IMG/VR virus record: IMGVR_UViG_3300025840_000013
DNA: 64,000 nucleotides
Direction: 5' to 3' (one strand)
Source of the DNA: a virus
Part shown: positions 53,601 to 62,887 of the stretch, piece by piece
How the letters are laid out: each line of letters starts with the position of its first letter
Position numbering within the stretch: the first letter of the stretch is position 1
Position numbers and translations under genes: made by a program
The notes under the pieces: model-generated
Seen by the model: the letters and a program-made list of their open reading frames with translations, nothing else
What the model was told of the DNA's origin: nothing
Database searches by the model: none

Positions 53601-56356
53601 CACAATTTGGATCTACAGTTACGGAACCACCTGTCGTAATACCTGGCCAGGGAACTATACCCACAAAGAGTCAACTGATTAGTGTTACTGGTGGGGTTGC
53701 GACAAATAGAACTTACGCACTATCTACTTTACCAATAAACTCTTTGAAATACACAAGAGATAATTTACAAAGTACTCCATTGTCGTATTATGCAGACCTT
53801 CCATCAAGTGGTGCAAATATTGTAAGTGCATTGGTTGAAAAATTCCCAATTAATACTTACTGGTTCGAATCATCAGGATTAGGAGAATTGCATTTCTTTA
53901 ATAATGATGGTGGAGACGGCGGTTCTTCGTGGCATGGTTCTGGTACAAGAGTTGCACCTGAGTTTCCAACAAATGGAAGTCCATCAGAACCAAATCCAGT
54001 ATATGGATCTGGTGGTGCAGCTGGCCAACATGGTATGAGATATTATAGTAGTACATCGAAAAGTGCTACTATTGGTGGACAGGCAGCTGCAAGTGGATTC
54101 TTTGGTGACTTTATGGTATCGCCCGGCGATATTGTTGATATTAAAGTCGGTAGAGGTGGACAATCAAATCAGACCTCATACTTAGATTTGGTGCCTGGCA
54201 GTCAAACTCAAGAAAGTACATATGAATCTAACTCAGGAGATGGTGGAGATGGTGTAGTTGTCGTATTTGGTTCTAAAGGAAACGATTATACAAAAATATC
54301 AAAGCCTGGCATTGCATTGATTGACGATAGAGGACAAGTTGTTATGTACTCTGTTGCGAATGTATTTTGTGAAGGAAATCAAGAGTTAACTGGTTCAATT
54401 TCTTCAAAAGAAATACTTTTATTCGGACAAGGAAAACAGTATTACTTGGTGCATACTTTCCAATTGCAGAAAAACGGAACACAAAAATACCGTGTATATT
54501 TATGTCAAAATGGAGAACATTACGCAAAAGTAGAAAGAAGTGGCACTGCGCCTGGCCCATTCTTTAGTCCCAGTCCACCAGCTGGATATCTTCCATCCGT
54601 ACAAATAACTACAGATCCAGTACAGGCGCCAGATGAATATGTTGTCACTGGTGCAAAGAGAAGTGACATTGATAATGATATTCAAAGTCCAGACCCATGG
54701 CCGATTAGAAAATGTACGGTTACATTTGAAACTACTCGACAAGCTAGTTATGAAAACACAATGACATTTACTAATATTGGTAGTGGTGGTATTGGCCCGT
54801 CATCAATCGTATTTGGCCCTAATGCTAGTACACAGACATTTACATTGAGTGAAGATGATGTCTATGTTTTACGTTCCTCTGGATTGCAAAGTAACAGAGC
54901 ATCATCAATGACAACAAGAATCATCGATGATGGAAGGTCACACCAAAACACAACTGGTGGTTCAACTTCTGACGGACGGCCGACAGGTGTTCTTAGAAAT
55001 AAACAATTTCCAGATTATTTACATTCTGGTAACTGTGATGAAACCCCTACAGGTGGTACATCTGTTTTTGCCGTGCTAAAACAGGAAGGTCAACCCACTA
55101 TGTATTATATTAAATGGGGAACAGATGTGATTAAAGGTGATGGTGTTAGTTTTGGAACTGTTGCCAAAGCTGATAATACTCTTTCTTCATATGGATTTGT
55201 TCCCGCTGTCGAAAATAACCCCTACAGTAACTATTCATGGGATATAAATTGGGAAGGATCGTGGTCTTTTGACAACGACAGTTCAAATACAGAAAGTATA
55301 GATTATAATGGATGGCGCTATCATAGGGATCCAAGCAATCTCATTGCCGCTTGTACTAAGACTGCTGGGGGTAATACAATAACATATCAAATATGGGGAA
55401 TATTCAGAAAAGAACTGCCGGGCGGAGAATCGACAACTGAAAACAACAATAACAGTTGGACTACACTTGAAATGGATGACGGTGTTGATAATGACTTCAC
55501 TGACTTAAGAGTTACACCTTCGCCAATGGGTAACTTTTATGTAGAGGGTGGATTAACTCACTTTAATTGTTTCTTCTTGGGTGATGGAACTGGAACTGGA
55601 ACAACTTGGACACGCCCACCGCCTGCAGACACGGGCGGTAACAATGATAATAGTGGCGGCCCTTCTGGACCAAGCACTGCACCTGTAACAGTAGTTACAG
55701 ATGGGGATGGGGATCCAGTTGTTGATAGCAATGGGGATCCAGTAACTTCTGGTGGCGGTGGTAATGATGATAATCATAATGAACCAACATTTATGTCTCA
55801 CTATGAACCATCAACTGGAACTGTAACATATTTTGATAGTCCTATGACACATAATGAAATTCAATCCCTAAGGGCGGATCAACCAGATGGTGTATTCTCT
55901 ACTGGAACTGGAGCGCCTGGGGCAATGATTGGCCCAACTAGAGATGACAACATTAGTGATTCTGGTGGTAGTGGTACTTCTGGACAGTCTGATAAGATTG
56001 TTTGTACGGAGATGTATAGACAGACACAACTAGATGATTGGAAAACTGCAATGAAGATTTGGGGATTGCACACAAAGACTCATTTGACTCAGTATCACCA
56101 AAGAGGGTATCATTTCTTATTCATGCCTTGGGTTAAAGGAATGAGAAAGAGTGATACCTTAACTAAGTCTGGTGGATGGTTGGCACAAAGAAGAACGCAA
56201 CACTTAAAGTATATTTTAAGTAGAGATGGTTATGCAGGACACTTAGGTATTGGTAAAAAAGAGAAAGACGATATTGTGGGAAGAATTTGGTGTACTGTGT
56301 GGCATCCAATTACTTTTGTAACTGGAAAAATTCTTTCAATATTTAGAGATAAATAG
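50672..56356 (+). CDS. large tail-fibre/adhesin-like protein with Gly-rich domain and IVCT C-terminal domain
   Basis: SLSEYYRGG N-terminus, GAGGSG/GGDGG Gly-rich elements, internal repeats, DKIVCTEMY...GYH tail. Confidence 0.7.
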   Translation: MAIPADGRLKMTHIVAEFKPVNNSAPHSLSEYYRGGGNVPDRFNNRNIPVGPRGRTIKYSDFRGTSDATLPYNILIPTICVEDAWKYMRLRDGTFMTRWDQINDNNTVYFTRNEELGSVRIDTPQDWEYVKLTIPAMSFKMGTEEGFEQVGYEQHWSNKVDNQQVFEAGDWKIRIPKGYRRLRILATGAGGSGSSQYIPGQPTVEDYVREGLVGTEDQGFAGEDTTITMPNNQKIKIFGGIGGKLSNATGESTTIRGETTDTLQTETGTVTLASGFSETDYAEGKYNGSYILETNDSNYQFYWQNQLLATSNDISEDVRDSSGWLYTSTSEVIDEDPQGTLKWYKVSRVKSLEVSAEVTDRIYNSMLERNANATEKSRHVNSDTVVDVIRYIQGRTGFVDVIAANPDFGPNTFSTTDGFKYLLAQASSLSTSTTTNIPNYSGTDTGTINTSGNLYQHKVYAENGTTANNNQTTTTTISNVADNLLLTFEHLGDTTFAYNANFLFPIRNVRGTISNGFPALGEYVFTDIDGQNYYRGEIIGVSDGFIDTTRVGFDEDFTEGQSGFAEITYSAWTASTQTTEVTSTTANTPIAANSAATNSEFVVSSSGNFYYEYNAYLQNTTQSVRPELEIYVNGVRQVNYTGSSAPTLTGNQGEIRLASGRLNITNPDSTVKVVTDLKTVTTSAILPEIDGGGFSTIARSGTHDLPLGATGQPAGKGIFIWGHNFFASQKLYTDVNGNVSVVHQSSSDPEYWFFMTTEEDAGQFYTPASYGTERIFVGVHNAGKSVYVWGKNYFRSYTFSVDNDGYFSFIHPSSSDREQWYYAIGKRGANFTTPAESGTYTLELDATYAGMEVIVWSKNFWGINGRLTPTSTSPAPRHLVFDSEGKVELSHWSSSDDEQWYWCVTDGGTTSQPAGVGGVSMNSFTLETSLDTDTIDKIYQKYVGRNSNVIDRDLFRQQNYTVFQGINYVVGTAEYAAQFGSTVTEPPVVIPGQGTIPTKSQLISVTGGVATNRTYALSTLPINSLKYTRDNLQSTPLSYYADLPSSGANIVSALVEKFPINTYWFESSGLGELHFFNNDGGDGGSSWHGSGTRVAPEFPTNGSPSEPNPVYGSGGAAGQHGMRYYSSTSKSATIGGQAAASGFFGDFMVSPGDIVDIKVGRGGQSNQTSYLDLVPGSQTQESTYESNSGDGGDGVVVVFGSKGNDYTKISKPGIALIDDRGQVVMYSVANVFCEGNQELTGSISSKEILLFGQGKQYYLVHTFQLQKNGTQKYRVYLCQNGEHYAKVERSGTAPGPFFSPSPPAGYLPSVQITTDPVQAPDEYVVTGAKRSDIDNDIQSPDPWPIRKCTVTFETTRQASYENTMTFTNIGSGGIGPSSIVFGPNASTQTFTLSEDDVYVLRSSGLQSNRASSMTTRIIDDGRSHQNTTGGSTSDGRPTGVLRNKQFPDYLHSGNCDETPTGGTSVFAVLKQEGQPTMYYIKWGTDVIKGDGVSFGTVAKADNTLSSYGFVPAVENNPYSNYSWDINWEGSWSFDNDSSNTESIDYNGWRYHRDPSNLIAACTKTAGGNTITYQIWGIFRKELPGGESTTENNNNSWTTLEMDDGVDNDFTDLRVTPSPMGNFYVEGGLTHFNCFFLGDGTGTGTTWTRPPPADTGGNNDNSGGPSGPSTAPVTVVTDGDGDPVVDSNGDPVTSGGGGNDDNHNEPTFMSHYEPSTGTVTYFDSPMTHNEIQSLRADQPDGVFSTGTGAPGAMIGPTRDDNISDSGGSGTSGQSDKIVCTEMYRQTQLDDWKTAMKIWGLHTKTHLTQYHQRGYHFLFMPWVKGMRKSDTLTKSGGWLAQRRTQHLKYILSRDGYAGHLGIGKKEKDDIVGRIWCTVWHPITFVTGKILSIFRDK

Positions 56357-56384
56357 TTGATAAAGTAATGAGAGAAAAAAATTA

Positions 56385-58433
56385 ATGGCACAGAGAAATA
56401 TAGACCCAAACTACTTTCCTAATTTTGGAATATCTCGTCAAAGAAATTCATTTACTTCTGTAATTGGTAATGGTGGCGTAAACAGTAATGATGGTAGTAT
56501 CAGTGGCGGATTTATGGGCGTTCTTGCTGAAGATTTGGCAAGAGAATGGCCATTATTTGCTGGTGAACCAATCGCTGGAAATGAATTAATTGATGAGACT
56601 CAAACTCTAGTTACAACTCAAATAACAAAACAGTTCTTTAGTCAGATATCACTAAACCGCCCAACTTCTGCAAATGGTGGGGGTAGTGGTGTATATGCTG
56701 GGGTTGCAAACTTCAGTGAGGTTGGTGATGGAACCAATCCAGAGCAACATGTTATGATTTTTCAGACCACAAATCAAATTCTGCCTAAGTCTGGTGCAGT
56801 TGCGAGAGGTATTGATCAAAATTATAGAATAAGATTTGAATTCGACCTTAGACCACGTTTGTTTGGTGCCGGTGTTGGTACGAGTGGTGATAAAGAATTT
56901 AATAGTGAATTGTATCAACTAAATCTTAGAATGGCATCGCAGGGAAGGCCAAAATATCAAGAAGGAAATACTGTACTAGAGGCAGAGTATCAGCCACAAT
57001 ATCATCCAGGCTACAGTTATAATGGGATTTTAAATAGTGGTTGGGAAACTACAGTCGGTATTCCAAATCCTATGTATGGATGGTTTAAGGTAAATGTAGG
57101 AACGTCTAATCAAATTAGTACAGATGGTACTATTTCAAGTCCACAACTTACGACTGATGGATTGATTACATTAGAAAATGGTTCAACTGTTGATACTTCT
57201 ATTATAAGAATGCCAGGTGAAATGGTAGACTTGCATTTTGATGATGTAACTATTACTGCAGATGTTGCAAATACAGGGCCATATTTTGTCTTTGGACAAA
57301 ACACAGATACTGGTAACTATGGTATTAATCAAGGATATTATTATCCAGTATACTTAGATAAGGCTGCAGCAGATCAGGCAGATATTGACGCTGGTGGAAC
57401 AGGTTCTTCTACAGTTCATACTTTTACAGAGTATCCACTTGCAACCTTCTACATTCCAGATACAGGTTCTTCATTTAATCAGGCAGGCGCACCTTCTGGA
57501 ACGGATTATAAGAAATATGTTAATAACAGGTCGATTAGATTTAGAAATAAAAGAAAGGGTTATGGTTGGTTTAAAAGATTTCCAAAAATGAATGCAGAAT
57601 TGCAAGGAACCTATCCGTTCTCATATAGGCTTACTATGACAGAAAAGGGTATTGTTCTTTACATGTATGATGATGCTGCTGCAGATCAGGCAGACGATTA
57701 TTCATGGTTCTGTATACAAAGAACATCAAGCAATGAGTCGGGACTTCCAAGAACAGACGAAGCGTCAAAATTCCCTGTTCATTGTATGTATTCTTGTTCT
57801 AGAGAAAGTTTTTATTCTTCTGATGCTGGAATTTACTTTTCCAATCAAGCAGCAAACCTACAGACTGCAGAAGATTTGGTAGACACAGTATTCGATGAAG
57901 CAGGAAATATATACAATTTATCAAATATGGACAATTCAAAAACATTCTATATATTAAGTCCATACGATAGAGAAGACTATCTTGCCGATGAATGGCAGGC
58001 AAAAAATATTTGGAGATTTGTTGTAAGAGAATTTGATGTATTAAAACCAACTGATGTGCATAAATTTGCAACAAAACATCAGACAGATAGTAATGCAGTT
58101 ATTAATCCATTAGAACAATTGGCCATTACAGATGAAAATAGATTTATCATTACCTTTCCAACTGGACTAACAACACAGAGATATATGTATCCTAAAGAAG
58201 AGATGGATATGATTTGTTTTTCATCTGCAGAAGTAGTAGCAGAATCCAGTAATGTACCAATGACAACATACCTATACAATGGTACTAATGTAGACCAAAG
58301 AAGATACCAAGGAATGCGTTCAACTATGGCATTTGGAAATGGAATGAGATTACTAGTCTTAGTAAATGGACAATATATTTTTAATAGTGATATCAATCTT
58401 GACACATATGACCCTGTGGGAACACCTGCATAA
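56385..58433 (+). CDS. virion structural protein, paralog 1
   Basis: Shares YPxSYRLT, PVHC, RFVVRE-DVLKP, INP-EQL-IT, TTQR-YP and GNGMR motifs with the next gene. Confidence 0.75.
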   Translation: MAQRNIDPNYFPNFGISRQRNSFTSVIGNGGVNSNDGSISGGFMGVLAEDLAREWPLFAGEPIAGNELIDETQTLVTTQITKQFFSQISLNRPTSANGGGSGVYAGVANFSEVGDGTNPEQHVMIFQTTNQILPKSGAVARGIDQNYRIRFEFDLRPRLFGAGVGTSGDKEFNSELYQLNLRMASQGRPKYQEGNTVLEAEYQPQYHPGYSYNGILNSGWETTVGIPNPMYGWFKVNVGTSNQISTDGTISSPQLTTDGLITLENGSTVDTSIIRMPGEMVDLHFDDVTITADVANTGPYFVFGQNTDTGNYGINQGYYYPVYLDKAAADQADIDAGGTGSSTVHTFTEYPLATFYIPDTGSSFNQAGAPSGTDYKKYVNNRSIRFRNKRKGYGWFKRFPKMNAELQGTYPFSYRLTMTEKGIVLYMYDDAAADQADDYSWFCIQRTSSNESGLPRTDEASKFPVHCMYSCSRESFYSSDAGIYFSNQAANLQTAEDLVDTVFDEAGNIYNLSNMDNSKTFYILSPYDREDYLADEWQAKNIWRFVVREFDVLKPTDVHKFATKHQTDSNAVINPLEQLAITDENRFIITFPTGLTTQRYMYPKEEMDMICFSSAEVVAESSNVPMTTYLYNGTNVDQRRYQGMRSTMAFGNGMRLLVLVNGQYIFNSDINLDTYDPVGTPA

Positions 58434-58476
58434 TGAATATAGTTTGAGAATTTAGTAAAACAACAAAAAAATTTTT

Positions 58477-58484
58477 ATAAATAT
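58477..58484 (+). promoter_or_regulatory. T4-type late promoter
   Basis: TATAAATA upstream of paralog 2. Confidence 0.7.
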
Positions 58485-58509
58485 AAAGAAAAATACAAAG
58501 GAGATATGA

Positions 58510-61500
58510 ATGTCTATTGCCAGTGGATATAGCATACAAAGAAATGACATTATCGATGTCCCTCACCGCAGTCAAGTTGAAACACACAATGCACTGAGTG
58601 GGTCTAATATTTATTTTTTAAGATCAAGACCTGATGTTTCTGATAAGGATTGGGAATGGGATATTAGAATTGGAGAAACACGTTTTTACCTTAACAGAGG
58701 TTTAGGTAATAACTCTATGGTGTCTGGGGTAACTGCAACTGATGCAGAATTATATAAAGATAGAGTTTATGTAGAGGGTAGTACTTCTGCAGGACAAGGT
58801 TCGATTAGATACGATTCGGCGTTGGGAGAGTTTGGTGGAATTGTTTTTGCAGAAGAGGTTAGACCTATTTCTGGTGAAATAATTGAAATCAAGTATATCG
58901 AACATGTTACACATTTCACAGGAAGTGATGGTGGACTTTTATTCCAACTGGCACACGATTTAACAGTTCATCCATTTGAATTCCCAGAAATCTTTAATTT
59001 AAATTTAAGTAGAGATGTAACTTTTGATACTGATGCAGATGGTACTCCTGGCAATGAAATTACCAGCGATTTTACCACAAGTGAAATCCTTAATGAAATT
59101 GACACAGGAACTGGAAATCTTACTGCGTATCAACAGGTATTACCAGTTCAGTATAACAGAGATTATTCCGAAGATGGTACGCCAGCAGATCAATTAGTTG
59201 CTGGTAAACTTTGGAAAGTTGTGAGAGAACATAAAGTAGTTACAGAATTAAACTTAGGTTCGGGTGGTGCAACACCGTTTGCAAGTATTGACCCTTCTGA
59301 TTCAAATACATGGCCAAGTATCATCGGAGATTTCCCACTTACAATTTCTGATCTTGGTTCTGGTGAATTTAGAGTTTCTTTGAATGGAAGAGTTTTACCG
59401 TCTGAAGATTGGATTGCGACTTCTAATAATGTTTCAAGGTCAACTCTATTTAAATTTAAAAGAACAGAGGTAATGCCTTGGGTCTCAGACCTAAGTCAAT
59501 GCGTGTTTACTATATCTTACCATTGGGGTAAGACAATTGATGTTCCGTATGGTGCATTAGTGGGGCCTGGCGGACTGGGCCCCCAGCAAGAGACACTTTC
59601 TGGTGGTGCAAATGATTATTCATGGCCAAAAAACAATGCAGTTGATACTGATTACTGGGCGTACTCAAAGGCAACAACATCAGATGGACAACCAACAGGT
59701 ACTGCAGTAAATGGTTTCGTTGCATTTTTCTACGACCAAACAACTGATACTCCAAATATTGCAGCTGCGATTACTGCATCTGGACAGAAAGACGAGTTGG
59801 CAACCACAGAGGAAGGCACATCTTGGATGCTTACATTCCAAGAAAATGATAACTTCCAAAGACCATTCGATTTGATTTATCCTACTCCAGTTAGTAACGA
59901 TAAAGAAGATGTTAAAGATGCATTGAGAAGAATTACAAATGGATTCTTAGTTGAGTCCAACAAAGGTGTCGATTTATTATCAGACACTAACTTGAGTTTT
60001 GCATCAAGTCTTTCTCCTTCTGCCGTAAGAAAACCACAGAAGTGGAGAATGAGATTTGAGTGGAACGATGATGAAAGATATTTAAAAGTAAATGTTGCAA
60101 CTTCTTATCAGCTGAAAGATGATTTTACTATTTCACAACCACAAGGCCGTGACGGGATTAAGAATCCTGTTTACAGAGAGCCCGGCGAGTTGTGTGATGT
60201 GTATAGTTCACCAATGATTGGTAGAGGTGCAATCTTACAAATGAGTAAAGCCAAATCACAGTGGTTTAGAAAAACTCAAATAGAAGATTCGCTTTCAACC
60301 TCATATCCAATGTCTTATAGACTTACAGTTACAAATCATGGTTTGGGACTTTTCTTATTTGACCATGCATCAGTGGATCAAGACGATGATTACGCATGGT
60401 TAGTAGTACAAAGACATGTTGACCAAACAACTGGACAACCAGAGTTTGCTGAAAAGTCTCCAGTACACTGTGTATATTCGCCATGCAAACGTCCTGTAGA
60501 TGTTGCAAGTCTAACTCCATATTTTGCATCTCAAGATTTGGATGATTTAAGTAAACCTGGCCCAATCCAAAACTCACTTGGACAAGTTTTCAGATCAGAA
60601 GCGCCGACTATCTTTGTTAACAGAGATCTTGCGTTATTTAATGGAATTGTTAATGCAATCGACTTTAATCCAATTGGATATGCAACAGGCGGAACCACCA
60701 CAAACACATTAGGACAATTATACTATAACGATATTAGAAGTGACCTTACGAGAGGATTTACTGGAACAGGATATGCAGAAAATCAGAATCTTTGGTCATT
60801 AACTGCTCATAGGTTGCAAATTGATAGAGACATAACAGTTTCTACTGCATTTGCTTCTAGTGGAGTTAGAAATGTAGAAGTCTTGACGCCAGGGAAGTTT
60901 ATCGCACAAGAAATTACAGATGCAGAAGGAAATATTACACGAAAAGGTGGTAGAATCGTTGCGTTTAATAAAGAAACTGGTAGATTAATTATCGCTGGAC
61001 ATGTTGGACTAACCTTCGCACGCCCACCAGCTGCCGAAGGCGCTGACCCTGATGCACCACCATCACCATTGGTACTAAAAGAAGGAACTTCTGGATCGGG
61101 TGATGTATCGATTGATTTCACTGCTGAAACTACTGGTGACTTCGTTGCAATTCCACTAGATGGGCCTACAGGAAATACATTCCAAGAAGAATTTCAACAT
61201 GCTGTTTTTGACCTTCAAATTCAAGGTTTTAACTCTCTTCCAAGAAGGAAGGATGTTGCATTTACAACTGGTGCATCACCATCGCCATCGGCGGTTGAAC
61301 AGATTAAAACATTTACAGTAACTCCTGCAGTTCCGCCTGCGACAGATCCAACAACAACAACTACAATTGATGGACTGGAACATTATGATCGTTCTGGAGA
61401 GATCCTCACTTCTTCGACTGCAGTACCGGCGCAATATGTCATGGGTTCTAATGCAGGAGTGAGTTTGTCGGAAAATGTTGCATTCCCACAAAACCTTTTA

Positions 61501-62793
61501 GAAAGAATGTCAACATTTAAGTACGCATCACGTTCTGGTGATGGAGTACCCACATCTGATACTTCTGTTGGACTTGTTGATTATAAATCTGCAGATTCTG
61601 CATTACTAGATATTCTATACAGTGCTCCAGTTGCAAACATGGACAAAATTTTTGAGTCTATGGTTATTGCATTGGACGATGTAGAAATTATTAGAGATAA
61701 GAGTGCATATATTTTATCTTATGACGAATGGGTTAGTCATGGTGATCCTAATACAGTACAGAGATTTGTGGAGTCTTTAGACGCCGCTGGGGTTACAACA
61801 ATTGGTTCAGATTTTAGAGTTCCTTCTATAGATGGAACTACTATTAGATGGGACAATGTTGATGTCGCAACCAAAACATTGACAGTTGGTGACACAAACC
61901 CATCTACTGGAAGAAATTTCTTTTACGCACACGCCGGCGCAAGTTCTGCGAACCAACCAACTTATGCATTAGTGGCAGCCAATCATGCGGTTCAGTCATC
62001 TGTAAGAGAAAATCTTTTGAACAAAATGCCTGGAGACCCAGTGTGGACTGACCAAAGTTCTTTGAAAAATGAATACATGTATGATTTCTTCAATCAGACG
62101 CTCTATTTTAAGGTTTCTCCAAGAGCGGGCGCAGAATTGACAATATCTATTATTAACTATGTTACTTCAAATCCTGCTCAGGGTGCATATATTATTACTG
62201 TTCCAGAGGATAGAGATTTCCCAGAAAGAAATATGAATGAAGTGAAAACAATCAATAGATTTGTTGTTAGAGAACAAGATGTATTAAAACCATGGGATTT
62301 CCATGTTTCTGCAACAATGCACGAAATCGATTCTCATGCTGTTATCAATCCGATGGAACAACTTTCTATTACACAAGATAGAAATTTTGTTTTCTCGTTC
62401 CCAACTCAGATAACAACTCAAAGATTCTATTATCCACAAAGTGAACTTGATATTATTTGTATTTCTTCTGCAGATTTCTCGACACAATCGGGTCATGTAG
62501 AAATAAACAAATATGATGATTCGGATGGAGTAAATGAAGAGTTTAGAGGTGGTTCTTTTGTTCCTGCCTCAATTTCTTCAACTTCTCCTGCTGAAGTTAC
62601 AAGATATGCAGGACATGAAGGCCCTGATGGGGTTAAGTATATTTGGAGAAAAAATGCCAGAAAGTATGAAGGTATGTCTGCAACATTACCAAATGGAAAT
62701 GGTATGAGAGTGTTTATGCAAGTTACTGGTTCTAGTATTAGATACAGTGATGTAACGCCTGGTACTGCGCCTGGGTCGACACTAGGAAGTTAA
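58510..62793 (+). CDS. virion structural protein, paralog 2
   Basis: Same conserved blocks as paralog 1 with large insertions. Confidence 0.8.
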   Translation: MSIASGYSIQRNDIIDVPHRSQVETHNALSGSNIYFLRSRPDVSDKDWEWDIRIGETRFYLNRGLGNNSMVSGVTATDAELYKDRVYVEGSTSAGQGSIRYDSALGEFGGIVFAEEVRPISGEIIEIKYIEHVTHFTGSDGGLLFQLAHDLTVHPFEFPEIFNLNLSRDVTFDTDADGTPGNEITSDFTTSEILNEIDTGTGNLTAYQQVLPVQYNRDYSEDGTPADQLVAGKLWKVVREHKVVTELNLGSGGATPFASIDPSDSNTWPSIIGDFPLTISDLGSGEFRVSLNGRVLPSEDWIATSNNVSRSTLFKFKRTEVMPWVSDLSQCVFTISYHWGKTIDVPYGALVGPGGLGPQQETLSGGANDYSWPKNNAVDTDYWAYSKATTSDGQPTGTAVNGFVAFFYDQTTDTPNIAAAITASGQKDELATTEEGTSWMLTFQENDNFQRPFDLIYPTPVSNDKEDVKDALRRITNGFLVESNKGVDLLSDTNLSFASSLSPSAVRKPQKWRMRFEWNDDERYLKVNVATSYQLKDDFTISQPQGRDGIKNPVYREPGELCDVYSSPMIGRGAILQMSKAKSQWFRKTQIEDSLSTSYPMSYRLTVTNHGLGLFLFDHASVDQDDDYAWLVVQRHVDQTTGQPEFAEKSPVHCVYSPCKRPVDVASLTPYFASQDLDDLSKPGPIQNSLGQVFRSEAPTIFVNRDLALFNGIVNAIDFNPIGYATGGTTTNTLGQLYYNDIRSDLTRGFTGTGYAENQNLWSLTAHRLQIDRDITVSTAFASSGVRNVEVLTPGKFIAQEITDAEGNITRKGGRIVAFNKETGRLIIAGHVGLTFARPPAAEGADPDAPPSPLVLKEGTSGSGDVSIDFTAETTGDFVAIPLDGPTGNTFQEEFQHAVFDLQIQGFNSLPRRKDVAFTTGASPSPSAVEQIKTFTVTPAVPPATDPTTTTTIDGLEHYDRSGEILTSSTAVPAQYVMGSNAGVSLSENVAFPQNLLERMSTFKYASRSGDGVPTSDTSVGLVDYKSADSALLDILYSAPVANMDKIFESMVIALDDVEIIRDKSAYILSYDEWVSHGDPNTVQRFVESLDAAGVTTIGSDFRVPSIDGTTIRWDNVDVATKTLTVGDTNPSTGRNFFYAHAGASSANQPTYALVAANHAVQSSVRENLLNKMPGDPVWTDQSSLKNEYMYDFFNQTLYFKVSPRAGAELTISIINYVTSNPAQGAYIITVPEDRDFPERNMNEVKTINRFVVREQDVLKPWDFHVSATMHEIDSHAVINPMEQLSITQDRNFVFSFPTQITTQRFYYPQSELDIICISSADFSTQSGHVEINKYDDSDGVNEEFRGGSFVPASISSTSPAEVTRYAGHEGPDGVKYIWRKNARKYEGMSATLPNGNGMRVFMQVTGSSIRYSDVTPGTAPGSTLGS

Positions 62794-62822
62794 AATAAAA
62801 TAAAATAATTACATAAACTGGG

Positions 62823-62857
62823 TATAAATACTTGAAACACTTTAAAGTTATAAATAT
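62823..62857 (+). promoter_or_regulatory. two tandem T4-type late promoters
   Basis: TATAAATA twice upstream of paralog 3. Confidence 0.7.
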
Positions 62858-62887
62858 AAGAAAAAACATTCAAAGGAGAATTATTAG

